DNA from: Camelus dromedarius
Taxonomy: Eukaryota
Length of the DNA stretch: 64,000 nucleotides
Assembly: GCF_036321535.1 (NCBI RefSeq)
Contig: NC_087436.1
Span: 54,934,001 to 54,998,000 of the forward strand
Direction: 5' to 3'
Within the stretch, counting starts at the first letter, position 1. The number at the start of each line of letters is the position of its first letter. The translations under genes and the position numbers were made by a program. Below the pieces are notes generated by a model. It was not told the DNA's origin. It searched no databases and was given only the letters and a program-made list of their open reading frames with translations. Shown one piece after another: positions 26,940 to 39,770 of the stretch.

Positions 26940-29900
26940 GTTCTTGTTTGTTTTTATTTCATTCATTTCTGTTCTAATCTTTGTTATTTCCTTCCCTCTT
27001 CTAATTTTGGGCTCATTTATTCTTCTTTTTCTGTCCCATTGAAGTGTAAAGTTAAGCTGTTTGTTTGAGACTTTTCTTATTACTTGAGGTGGGCGTTTAT
27101 CACTATCAACTTCCATCTTAGAACTGCTTTTGCTGCATCCCATGAATTTTGGTGTTTTACATTTTCATTTGTCTCAAGGTATTTTTTTCCAAGGTATTTT
27201 TTTTGATTTGTTTTGATTTCTTCTTTGACTCATTGGTTGTTCAGTAGCATTCTGTTTAATCTTCACATATTTATAAATTTTACAGTTCTTTTTGTGTGTG
27301 TGCAATTAATTTCTAGTTTCATACCACTGTGGTTGGAAAAGATGCTTTTTTTTTCAATGATTTTAATCCACTTGAATATATTAGGAATCGTTTTGTGGCC
27401 TACCATAAGATGTATCTTAGAAAATGTTTCATATGCACTTGAGAACATGTATTGTTTCTTTTGGATGTAACTTTCTGTAAATATCTAAGTCCATCTGTTC
27501 TAAGGTGTTATTTAAGGCCTATGTTTGTTTGTAGAGTTTCTGTCTAAACGATCCATCCATTGATGCAAGTAGTGTATTAAAGTCCCCTATTATTATTGCA
27601 TTGCTGTCTAGCTCTCCCTTTAGGTCTGTTAATATTTGCTTTATACATTTAGTTGATTCTAATTAGGTGCATAAATATTTAGAGATATCATATCTTCTTG
27701 TTAGGTTGATCCCTTTATCATTATAGAATGCTTTTCTTTTTCTTTTATTATGTTCTTTGTTTTAAAACCTACTTTGTCTGATGTAAGTATAGCTATTCCA
27801 ACTTTCTTTTGGTTTCCATTTGCATGGAGTACATTTTTCCATCCTTTCACTTTCAGCCTTGTGTGTCTTTACATCGAAAACAAGTCTCTTGTTTACCATA
27901 TGATCCAGCAATCTACTCCTGGGCATATACCTGGAGGGAACTCTAATTCGAAAAGCTACATGCACCCCAACGTTCATAGCAGCATTATCTACAATAGCCA
28001 AGACATGGAAACAATCTAAATGTCCATCAGCAGAAGACTGGATAAAGAAGTTGTGGTATATTTATACAATGGAATACTACTCAGCTATAAAAAAAGAATT
28101 AAATGATGCCATTTGCAGCAACATGGATGGACCTGGAGATTGTCATTCTAAGTGAAGTAAGCCAGAAAGAGAAAGAAAAACACCATATAATATCACTTAC
28201 ATGTGGAATCTAAAAAAAGACACAAATAAACTTATTTACAAAACAGAAACAGACTCACATACATAGAAAACAAACTTATGGTTACCAGGGGGAAAGGAGG
28301 TAGGAAGGAATAAGTTGGAAGATTGAGATTTGCAGATACTAACCATATAAAATAAACAACAAGTTCATACTGTATAGCCCAGGGAACTATATTCAATAGC
28401 TTGTAGCAACCTATAATGAAAAAGAATATGAAAAGAAAGATATTTATGTGTATGTATGACTAAAACATTATGCTGTCCAACAGAAATTGACACAATATTG
28501 TAAACTGACTATAATTTTTTAAAAATACAGTGCTGGAACAAAAAAAAAAGAAAACTTTTCATTATAGATGTAAATAAAATTCAAAATTGCTGCGAAGTAA
28601 GGAGTCTCTTGAAGGCAACATAAAGATGAGTCTTGTTTTTTTTCAGCCACTCTGTGTCTTTTGATTGGCAGATTTAGTCTATTTACATTTAAAGTAATTA
28701 TTGATAGGTATGTGTTTATTGCCATTTTGTTAATTGTTTTCAGGTTGTTTTGTAGTTCCTCTTGTTCCTTTCTTTTTCTCTTGCTCTCTTCCTTTGTGGT
28801 TTGGTGACTTTTTTTGTGGTATGCTTGTATTCTTTTCTCTTTATCTTTTGTGTATTTACTATAGGTTTTTGCTTCATGGTTACCATGAGGCTTACACGTA
28901 ACAACTTTTATCTGTAACACTCTGTTTTAAGTTGATAAAAACTGAAGTTTAACTCCATTCTGAAGTTCAACATTTTTACTCTTTCCCTCCACATTTTATG
29001 TTTTTGATGTCACATTTTGAATATTTGTATTTTGTGTATTCCTTAACTAATTATTTTAATCAGTTATTTTTTTCACTACTTTTTCTTCTGAACTTTCATA
29101 CTAGCTTTATAAGTCATTAATCCACCACTTTTACTTGATATTTACCTTTCCAGTAAGACTTACTCTTTCATTTATGTTCTTGTCACTAATTAGTGCCTTT
29201 CCTTTTCAGCTTAAAGAAGTCCCTTTAACATTTCTTTTAAGGAAAGGTTTGTGGAGATGAACCCCTTTAGCTTTTACTTGTCTGGAAAATGCTTTATCTC
29301 TCCTTCAGTTCACAATGATAACTCTGCCAAGTAGAGTATTCCTAGCTGGAACGTTTTCTTTCTATCAGCATTTTCAATATACTGTGTCACTCCCTCTGGC
29401 CTGCAAAATTTGTGCTAAAAAATTTGCTAATAGTCTTAATGAGGGTTCCCTTATATGCAACAAGTTGTTTTTCTCTTGCTGCTTTTCTCTCCTTGTCTTT
29501 AACTTTTGATATTTTAATTATAACATATCTTGGTGTCTCTTTGGATTCATCTTCTTTGGAACTCTCTGGGTTTCTCAGAGCTGGATATCTATGTCCTTCC
29601 CCAAGTTAGGGAAGTTTTCAGCTATCATTTCTTCAAATAATATTTCTGCCCCTTTCTCTCTCTCTTTTCCTTTTGGAAGTCCTACAATGTGAACATTAGT
29701 CTCTCTGATGTTCTCCCATAAGTCCCATAGCCTATCTTAACATTTTTTCATTCTTTTTTTCTTTTTGCTACTCTGATCAAGTGAGTTCCACTGCTTTGTC
29801 TTTGATTTGACTCATTCCTTCCTGTGTTTCTTCTCATCTGCTGTTGAAGCCCTCTAGTGTATTTGTCAGTTCAGTTATTGTGTCCTTCAGTTTTGTGACT

Positions 29901-31620
29901 TCTAATTTGTATTCTTATATTTCCTGTTTCTTATTGCAGTTCTCACTGTGTTCATCCATTCTTCTCCCCAGTTTTAAGCACCTTTATGAACATTACTTTA
30001 AACTCTTTATCAGGTAAGTTATTTATCTCCATTTCATTAAGATTTTCTTCTGATGTTTAATCTTGTTTTTCATTTGGAACATATTCCTCTCTGTCTTCAT
30101 TTTGCTTGACTCTCTGGGTTCATTTCTACACATCAGATGAAACCACCACTTCCCCTGGTCTTGAGGGTGACCCTGTGTGGGAGATGACCCTTAATCCTAC
30201 CTCAGGTCTCTGTCATCTCTCAAACCTCTGTGCTTATTCAAGCAACCTATTATACTTTTAACAGCTTCCAGCAGTTGATGATGTGACAAGAACTGTCAGT
30301 GTCCCCAAAGAGAGACTATCAGCACCTACAGTCAGGTTAAGTAGAAATCAGACCCTCAGGCTGCAGCTTTTAAAATTATACAAATATATACAGTGCTATG
30401 AGACCACAAGTGTAAGCCCCACTGAGACAGGTGATCTAGGGTGTCCCCTGGGCAGCAGTCACAAAAAATTGGGGCTCCAAATGAGTGTGTAAGTTCTTTT
30501 GTGGGAGATGCCGGTGAGTTGGAGGAAGGCAGAAGGAGATAGTGTCCACAATCTATGTTCCTTTCTCAGCAGCTCTATAGGCCACTAAATGTCTGCCTAA
30601 TCTGAAGCATGTTTCTCAGGCCAAAGCACCAGACAAACAAAGAGGACTCCTTCACAAAAAGACTTGGGAATGTGCCTCAGTCCACTATCTGTGCAATACC
30701 CTGGGGTGGGTAGTCTGCTAATAACTGTTTCTTTGATTGCCACAGTCCTCTGGGACCAAGGAATGCAAGCCCCTCTGGTCACCAGAGGCAGGTGATCAAG
30801 AGGCATCCCTTGAGTGGCAGCCACAAAGACCAGGGTGCAGACCTACCAGCTAGGTATCAGATGCTTGTAAAGCTTGTCTCCAGGAAATATTGGTGCTCAG
30901 GAGCATGACAGAGGGTGAGAGCAAAGACAGTGCCTGCCTTCCTAGGTCTCTGTAAAGAATTATAGCCAGCCCTTAGATACGTATTTAATTAAAAGCCTGC
31001 CCCTCAGGCTGTAGTCATAATGATTAGCTAATAGACCTACTTCACAGAAAGATGGAGCTCCTGCATCTGTTGCCTCTTGCTGTGCTCTGGCTGTATTAGC
31101 TGTTGAAGGACTCTTCCTCTGTTGGTTCCTGTCCTCTGGGACAGCCCCAAGAGCTTAAGCCTTACTGGCCACCAAAGCCAGATAACGTAGAGGTAAGAAT
31201 GTAGAGGTTGAGAAAGAGGTTCCAGAGGTTCCAGAGGTTCCAGTTCAAGATGGCAATGTAGGGAGATTCTGTACTCATCTCCTCCCATGGATACACTGAG
31301 TCTAAAGCTATCATATGGAATAATTTCCTCTTAAAAAACCTAAAAGTTGGCTAAGTGACAACTACACTTCAGGAAAATGAAAAGAAAACCACATCAAAGC
31401 ACGTAGGAAACACTGGGACATAATCTCATTACAAATCCCACCCCCCACCACAATGACCCACAATCATGAAGGAACTTAGAACATAGAGTTTCTCCCTGAA
31501 GAAAGAAGGGTTTGAACCCTTTATCAGTAACCCCATCTTTTAAGACCTGCACTTGAGAGACAAGGAGCTCATACCCTTGTTCGTCACCCTAATTTTTGTG
31601 AGTGCTGCCAGGGATTCTCT
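26940..31620 (-). mobile_element. L1 5' half (5'UTR, ORF1, ORF2 endonuclease region); 3' half missing; first ~380 bp inverted
   Basis: ORF track shows L1 endonuclease peptides (MAINTYLSIITLNVNRLNLPIKRHRVAE; FSSAYETFSKIHLMVGHK...IFSNHSGMKLEIN). ORF1 lies at ~29200-30130 and the GC-richer 5'UTR at 30130-31190. The L1 start motif ttcaagatggc is in sense orientation at ~31244. Confidence 0.85.
27892..28602 (+). mobile_element. Younger L1 3' end nested in the older L1, TSD agtctcttg
   Basis: ttaccatatgatccagcaatc...aaactgactata. TSD at 27883-27891 and 28603-28611, with host ORF2 continuous across it. Confidence 0.85.
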
Positions 31621-32059
31621 TGTATGTTTAATTAACTTAAATTTCCCTACTGGAGTAAAGAGGTTGATGTTACTGTTAATGTCCTTATCTTATCCCCCAT
31701 TATCCTGAAGAGGAGAATTTCAATTCTCTCTTATGGTGTACTGCACATGCCTTCTGCTACAAGAAATCCAACTTGGACCTGTTCTTTTTTCCTCTCACCT
31801 CAACTCATGTTTGTCTCCTATAGTCAAAGGCCCTTATTGCAACCTGCCATCCAGGCATCCAGGCCACTATCTGACACTATTTCATCCTGGTTCCAGATGT
31901 TTCCCACTTCTGAGGTGGTCGCCCTGCTACTCCAAGCCAGCAAAACCACCACCTGCCCCTGCCACTCTATGACACCATGCAAGTATATATCTGGTCAGAT
32001 TCCAAACACAATGCCTCATGAGCAAATGTTTTCAAACACCAAGGTATAAAGGCTGCTCA

Positions 32060-33070
32060 TTTTGTCTTATTTGTCCTTATTATTTAATTATAAATTCTTT
32101 ATTATTCCTTATACCATGTATTTATCTGAATTATACTGTTTTTGGCACTATGGTGAAATCATTTTCCAATTATTTTCTGCTTTGTATATCTATCCTCACA
32201 TTTATATGGTTTGCATTTTTTTTTCTTGAGGTGTCTTTCAAAGAAATAAGTCTTAATTTTCATGAAGTCCACTTTTTCATTTTTTTCTTTTGTGGCTTAC
32301 ACCTTTTGTGTTCTAAGAAAATAATGGCTAACCCAAATTTTCAAATATTTTCCTTTTTTAAAAATTTTTACCACTTACAATTATAAGCCATTTTAAGTTA
32401 ACTTTGTGCATTGTGTATGTTAAGGTTTGATGTTTACTTTTTCTACAGGGACATCCAGTTGATCAACACTATTTGTTACAGACTTTTCTTTGCCCATTGA
32501 ATTGTTTTGGGACCTTTGACAAATACAACTGACAATGTACGTACAGGTTTTCTTCTGGGTTCACTATTCTGTTCTATTGACCACTTGATAAATCTATTTG
32601 TTCACCAGGGTCATGCTGTCTTGATTACTACAGCTTCATAGCAAGTCTTGAAATCAGATAATGTATGTTCTCTTAGTTTTTTAAAAATTACTTTGTTTAT
32701 TCTGAATTGTTTGCATTTTCACGTAAGTTTTAGAATCAACTTACTAATTTATACCAAAAATACTTCTAAGATTTTGATTGAGATTGTATTAATTCCATAG
32801 ATCAATTAAAAAAATCGACACGTTAACAATGTTAACTCTTCCCATCCATGGACATAATAAATATCTCCATATATTTAGGTCTCCTTTATTTTTTCTCAAT
32901 AACATGCTATAGTTTTCAGTATATTTAGCTTGCTTAATTTTTGTTAATTATTAGTTATTTTATATTTTGGCACTATTATAAATGCGATATGATTTATTTC
33001 ACTTTCCAATTGTTATTGTTATATAAAAATGCAAAATTTTTATACATTAACTTTGACTCTTGCAACTTTG
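32060..33070 (-). mobile_element. Old L1M ORF2 fragment (left part of the host of the 33071-39770 L1)
   Basis: Antisense ORF2 motifs (gtcttgattactacagcttcatagcaagtcttgaaatc; ttttgattgagattgtattaattccatagatcaat). Confidence 0.75.
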
Positions 33071-33477
33071 TTTTTTGTTTGTTTCTTTGTTTTTCTCTTA
33101 TGCTATTCATTTTATTATTTTCTTTGTTGAAATATACTCAATTTCTGGTGTACTGCCTAATGTTTCAGTCATGTCAATTTCTGGTGTACTGCCTGATGTT
33201 TCAGTCATGTACATATATATACATATATTCCTTTTCATATTTTTTCATTATTTGTTGCTACAAAAAATACTGAATATAGTTTCCTGTGCTACACAAAAAA
33301 AACTTGTTTACCTATTACATAGAGCATTTAGTATATGCAAATCCTGAACACCAAATTTATCCCTTCCAACCCCTACCCTACTGGTAACTATGCTTGTTTT
33401 CTACGTTTGTGAGTCTGTTTCTATTTATTTAGTTCATTTATGTCTTTTTTTGTTTGTTTTAATATATCATTTCCCCC

Positions 33478-33560
33478 ACCACTGGCTGTTTCTCAAGTAA
33501 CTTTAATTCAAAATAAGTCACTGAGGCACATTTTGGGGCAGCCTGCTCTGGGCCCCAACA
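33478..33560 (-). mobile_element. Truncated 5' piece of a MER34-like ERV1 LTR
   Basis: Minus strand tgttggggcccagagcaggctgccccaaaatgtgcctc..ttattttgaattaaagttacttgagaaacagc. Confidence 0.6.
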
Positions 33561-34072
33561 ACAGGATAATCACTAATAAGAGAGTTTTAAATTAAATAAG
33601 AAGAAAGAAATTTCTCTAGAAGAATGAGGCTTATAAAAGGTTATTTATATAAGAAAGGGGTTCCAGCATTTTCACTCAGTTTATGAACACTCTAAATTCT
33701 TTGATGTAGCTGTTTCTTTGGCAGATCTTATCCTTCTTCTGTTAGATAAGGTTCTTTTTAAAGATAAATGTGAAAAAAAAACCCATTATGTATTATGAAT
33801 TCCTTTCTCTCTGAAAGCAAGTTGCCTAAGATGGCCACAGGGACCCAGGAGACCAAGGTGTCTATCTTAAGATACTATAGCGATCTGAATCTTCTGAGAT
33901 TGGTTTAAATGGCACCTAAGAGTTTAAATGTGAATATAAAACTACTGTTTGATAACTGAAAGGCATAGAATGTATATTCAGCCTAATAAGAGACAAGGTT
34001 ATAGTCCCAGTGTCACTAAGATTAAAAGCAGATGATTTACATATCTTCAGACATTTGCTTTTATTCTTATGC

Positions 34073-34624
34073 TTTAACCCCAAAAGGGGAATGGAAAAGA
34101 CCCCAGTTCTTGTCTTACCTGAAAGATAAGAATTCAGATGGGAGATGGAAGCATTCTGTAGCAAAAGATTTTAAAGGTTTTATTAACCAAGGGGAAGTAT
34201 ACCTCCAAGAATGGGAGGCAGACTGATTCAAGGGTGGATACCAGTGGTCTTTGTTTGCCCTTCCTTTTACACTGTCACTTAGAGGTGGTCTCTTGATTGC
34301 CAGCTCTTGTTCCTGTAGTGCTTAGTCATGCTCATCTTCTTTTGCACATGTCCTTACCCATGATGCACACAGAAAAACCTATGGCAGGAGGGCTAAACCA
34401 CAATGCTAAATTATATTACAATGATCATTGGGTCATATCTGGTTAGGTCCTTGTCACTACCACACAGTTGTGGCTGTCAGGTTCTAACCAGTTTCTTGTT
34501 GGCACTCAGTTAGAGGAAGTAAAGCCCCTTTATCGTGAAGGCGGGCATACTGCCATCTTCCAGACCATCCTCCCTCTCCTCCACCTTATCTGTCCAGTAC
34601 TCCCACTTATCTAACTACCTAACA
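34073..34624 (-). mobile_element. ERV1-class solo LTR
   Basis: Minus-strand start TGTTAGGTAG, AATAAA near 34180, near-TSD atgc (34069-72) / gtgc (34625-28). Shares blocks with the LTR at 46443-47049. Confidence 0.8.
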
Positions 34625-37600
34625 GTGCCACTGGGGTATTCCATGAGGGCAGAAACATCAGTTTCATGGTGAGTTCAAGCCTGGTAAAACAAGTTTCCAA
34701 GTGAAATGGAAGTTGCTACTGTGAAAGAAATTAATTTTCACTCTGCCAAGGTCGATGCCAGTTTCAAAGTAGGTGCTCAGTAAATACGTTTTGAATAAAT
34801 GAATGAGCCTAGTGTATGGGATTTGATAGCCATCCCTGCCAGAATATAACAGGTACAGTCTACTTAGAGTGCAACTTTGGCATAAGTGTACAATTTTTTG
34901 AAGCAATAAACCAAATACTTTAAACAACTAAATAATGGCAAAGTGGAACTATAAGCCAAATTACAGAAAGGAGAGAAAATGAGGATAATCCCTTAGAAAA
35001 GTAGCAAGATTCAGAGATATTTTTACAGTTTTAAGTGTTTGATGGATGGTAAGTTGGCAGTCGGGGGTGGGGGTAGGAATCTCCTCTAGAGAAGAAGAAT
35101 AGAATTTCTAAAGAAGAGGAGTCATTGTGGAAATGAGTTACCAGTGAATGTGAGGAAAGATGCCAAGCCTGAGTCATCCTGTTTCTGTTTTCTAAATACT
35201 GGGCTATCTTATTTGCTTCTGTGTGTAATAAGAGACACCAGTTACAGGGACAGATAGTGGTGTTCGTGTAGTGGGAGGTTCAAGCATATCAAACTTTCTT
35301 CCCATTCTTATGTTTCTCATGTAGAAAAGAACAGATGTATTTGCCACAATGGTAAGACATAGTACCTTCATGACCATTAGAGCATTTTTTTTCCTGCCAC
35401 CAAAGGATTCTAAGAATAAAAAGGAACTGTAGGTAACTATTATCAGAAATAAAAGTATTATGTATGATTATCACTTCTAGCTCCTCTTTTATAACACCTT
35501 TATTGTTAGTTCCTGTACAGTAAACTACACATATTTCAGATGTACTATATGATGAATTTTGATAGATGTATAACCAACGAAACCACTACCACAATTTCGT
35601 TTTTAAGATTCCACACACGAGTGATAACATATGGTATTTTCTTTCTCTTTCTGGCTTATTTTACTTAAAATGACAATATCCAGGTCCATCATTGTTGCTG
35701 CAAATGGCATTATTTTACTCTTTTATGGCTGAGTAGTATTCCATTGTATATATATATCATAACTTCTTTACCTGGTCATCTGTTGGCAGACATTTGGGTT
35801 GTTTCTATGTCTTGGCTGTTGTAAATAGTGCTGCTATGAACACTGGGGTGCATTTATTTTTTTCAATTAGAGTTCCTTCTGGATATATACCCAGGAGTAG
35901 GATTGCTGGATAATATGGTAACTCTATTTTTAGTTTTTTAAGGAATCTCCATACTTTTTCCATAATGGCTGCACCAAACTACATTCCCAACAATGTAGGA
36001 GGGTTCCCTTTTCTCCACACCCTCTCCAGAAATTATTGATTGTGGACTTTTTAATGATGGCCATTCTGACTGGTGTGAGGTGATACCTCATTGTAGTTTT
36101 GATTTGCATTGCTCTGATAATTAGCTATACTGAGCATTTTTTCTTGTACCTATTGGCCGTTTGTATGTCTTCACTGGAAAACTGCCTCCATGTGTGCAGT
36201 TTTTGCAGTTTTTTTTCTTGTAGTTGATTTCTAACCTTACAGCATTGTGGTCAGAAAAGATCCCTAGCATGATTTCAATTTTCTAAAATTTACTGAGGCT
36301 ACCTTTGTGGGCCAGCATGTGGTCAATTCTGGAGAATGTTACACGTGCACTTGAAAAGAATGTGTATTCTGCTGCTTTTGGATGGAGATGTTAAGTCCAT
36401 CTGATCTGATGTGTTATTTAGGGCCTATATTTTCTTATTGATTTTATGTCTGGATGATCTGTCCATTGATGTAAGTTTTGTGTTTAGGTCCCCCACTACT
36501 ATTGTGCTCTTGTCAACTTCTTCTTTTATGTCCGTTAACAATTGCCTTATATATTGAGGTGCTCCTATGTTGGGTGCTTATATATCTACAATTGTTATAT
36601 CCTCTTCTTGGATCAATTCCTTAAGCATTATGTAGTGTCTTTCTTTATCTTTTGTAACAGTCTTTATTTTAAAATCTACTTTGTCTGATATAAGTATTGC
36701 TACTCCAGCTTTCTTTTGGTTTCCGTTTGCATGGAATATCTTTTTCCATCCCCTTACTTTCAGGCTGCATGTATCTCTAGATCTGAAGTAGGTCTCTTGT
36801 AGACAACATATACATGGGTCTTGTTTTTGTATCCATTCAGCCAGTCTGTTGTTTGGTTGAAGCATTTAATCCATTTACATTTAAGGTAATTATCTATATG
36901 TATTTTCTTGACATTTTGTTAGCTTTCGGTTTGTTTTTGTAGATCTTTTTTTTTCTTCTCTCTTTCCTCCTTTTGTTCTCTTTTCTTGTGGTTTGATGAC
37001 TAAAGAAGTTCCTTTAACATCTGTCGTAAAGCTGGTTTTGTGGTGCTGAATTATCTTAGCTTTTGTTTATCTGTGAAGCTTTTGATTTCTCTGTCAAATC
37101 TGAATCAGCCTTAACGGATAGAGTATTCTTGGTTGTGAGTATTTTCCTTTCATCACTTTACATATATTATGCCACTCCCTTCTGGCCTGTAGAGTTTCTG
37201 CTGAAAAATCAGCTGACAATCCTTGTATATTATTTGTTGCTATTCTCTTGCTTATTTTAATATTTTCTCCTTATCCTTAATTTTTGTCAATTTGATTACT
37301 GTGTGCCTTGGTGTGTTCCTCTTTGGGCTGATCTGGTATGGAACTCTCTGTGCTCCTTAAACTTGGGTGACTGTTTCCTTTTCCAAGTTAGGGAAGTTTT
37401 CAGTTATTATTTCTTCAAAAAATTTCTCAGGTCCTATCTCTCTCTCTCTTCTCTTTCTGGAACCACTATAATGTGATTATTGGTGCACTTCTTCATGTTG
37501 TCTCAGAGTTCTCTTAAACTATCCTCATTTATTTTCATTCTTTATTCTTTTTTCTGTTCTGCAGTAGTGATTTCCACTAATCTGTCTTCTAGCTCACTGA

Positions 37601-39770
37601 TCCATTCTTCTGCCTCATTTAGTCTATTCTTGGTTCTTTCTAGTGTTTATTCATTTCAATGATCTTACTCTTCAACTCTGTTTGGGTATTCTCTATATTT
37701 TCCAACTCTTTACTAAAAACTTCACTCTATGCATCTATACTCCTTGAGTTCTCTGAAAATCTTTGCCATAATTACTCTAAACTCTTTCTCAGATATATTG
37801 CTTATCTCCTCATCACTTATTTCTTCTTCTGGGATTTCACTTTGTGCCTTGGCCTGGAAGATATTCCTCTGCTGCCTCATACTGTCTATCTCTATTTGTA
37901 TTTTTAGGTAGGTTAGTTACATTTCTTGACCTTGAATAAGTGACCCTCTGTGGGAGGCATCCTCTGTGTCCCAGCAGTACACTCCTCTCTTGTCACCCGA
38001 GGCTCAGGGTCCAGCCAGTCCTACTGTAGAGTCTGGCCTGTGTTTGCGGATTCCTTCCACAAGCTTTGGGATTGTTGTTTTCTTATTTCTGGTATCTGTC
38101 CCCTGGTGGATAAGGCTGGACAAGAGGCTTATGCAGGTTTCCTAGCAGGAAGAGTCAGTGTCTGCCCACTGCTGGGTGAAGCTTGGTCCTAGACCTTTGG
38201 TGAGTGGGGCCATGTCCAGAGGCATTTGTAGCTCAGGAAGTCTGCTGATGGGTGGGGCTGTGTGCCCACCTAGAATGTTATTTGTCCTGAGGCTTCCCAG
38301 CCCCTAGGCATATAAACTGTTGGGTGGGGATAGGTCTAAGTACTGATGATCCAATCAAGATGTCAGCCTCCAAGAAAGCTCATGTTGATAAACACTCCTG
38401 GAATGTCCACCACCAGATTTTACGTCCCCTGGGTGAGATGCAGCCAACCTCTATCTCCCCAGAAGGCCTTCCAAAATCAGCAGGCAGGTCTGGCCCAGGT
38501 TCCTATGAAATCACTGCCTCTGCCCTTCAGACATGGAGCAAATGAGATTCTGTGTATGTTTCCCAAGAGAATGAAGTCTCTGTTTCCCTCAGTCCTGTGG
38601 GGCTCCTGGAGTTAAGCAGCTCTGGTCTTCAAAACCAGGTGTCCTGGGGTCTCCTTCTCCCAATGCTGGAACTCCAGGCTGGGGAGCCTGACATGGGGCT
38701 CAGAACTCTCACTTCTGTGGGAGGGCCTCTGATACTTAATTATTTTTCAGCTTGTGGGTCACCCAACCTGGGGGTTATGGGGCCCAATTATATTATGAGC
38801 ACACCCCTCCTACATTCCCGCTATGGTTCCCTCTTTGTTTCCGCTTGAAGAAGATCTTTTTTGTTAGGCTCTGCTCGTTTGTCTCAGAAGCACAGGTCCA
38901 CCAACACACCTAGGGAGCAAATCCACTTCTGCTGCCTGGAGCTAAAGTCAAATCTCAGTCCTGCCTGAGAAGTTGTGGGACCCCCTGGATATGGATTCAG
39001 GTTTCAGCCCTGTCTCTGCCTAGCAGCTGCACAACAGTGATTGTGCCCCCCGCAGAGAAAGCAGAGAATATAGCTGTGTCTGGACCCGCGTCTCTTTCCG
39101 TGACAATGCTCACCAACAATGGTGTTGAGCCATGTCCTCTGGGCTAGTGGAGATGGCTGCTATGGCCAGGCTGTGTTGTGCACCCCCTTTTACAGGCACC
39201 AGCAGTGATGTTCGCTATGGATGGACTCAGGCTGATTTGCACTCTCTCCCATCATCAGCCTGCACCACACTCCAGCCACCTGAGGCTGCCTCTGTGCAGT
39301 ATGCCACAGTCCTCTCCCTGGGTTAGTCCCAGGAAGCCTGAGCTCCAGCAGCCAGTCCTGACCCACTCCCACTGGTTCGTGTCTTGGACTAGGGATCACA
39401 GGGACCCTCTGTGCTGATTTCTCTCAGTTCTGTCTGCCAAATGGCTGTTGCTCTCTCCTCCAAGCCTCTGAAGCTGTGTTTCTGTCCCCACTGATCTCCC
39501 CGCTGGAAAGGGGACTTCCCAGGGTGAGGGCACTTGTCCTCTTTTGCTGCTCCCTCCTCAGGGGACAGGTCTCGCCAATTTGCTTTTTCTTTTTTTTCCT
39601 ACCCATTTTTGTGAGGATTCTCCTTGTATTTCCAAAGTAAGAGATATTCTGCCAAAGTTCAGTAGGCATTCTGTTCAAATTGTTCTGTATGTAGATGTAG
39701 TTTTTGGTGTATTTGTAGGAGAGGGTTAGGTAGTCATCCCTCTACTCTGCCATCTTGGCAATCCTCTCGG

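Larger units (their letters stand above)
33071..39770 (-). mobile_element. L1 with both ends intact and a 14-bp TSD; internally deleted (RT domain, inter-ORF spacer) and interrupted by a 2.1-kb insert
   Basis: 5' end (minus strand gagaggattgccaagatggcagagtag) at ~39768 and poly(A)-derived T tract at 33071-33095. TSD ctcttgcaactttg (33057-33070) / ctcttgtaactttg (39771-39784). Endonuclease peptide RLAEWIQKQDPCICCLQET...GWKKIFHANGNQKKAGVAILISDK. Confidence 0.9.

Noticed and set aside
33462..35597. Reading this block as a 3' transduction carried by the 35.6-39.8 kb L1 and ending in a second L1 tail
   Set aside because: The L1 sequences on either side are directly contiguous in 3'UTR coordinates, so it is one L1 split by an insert.
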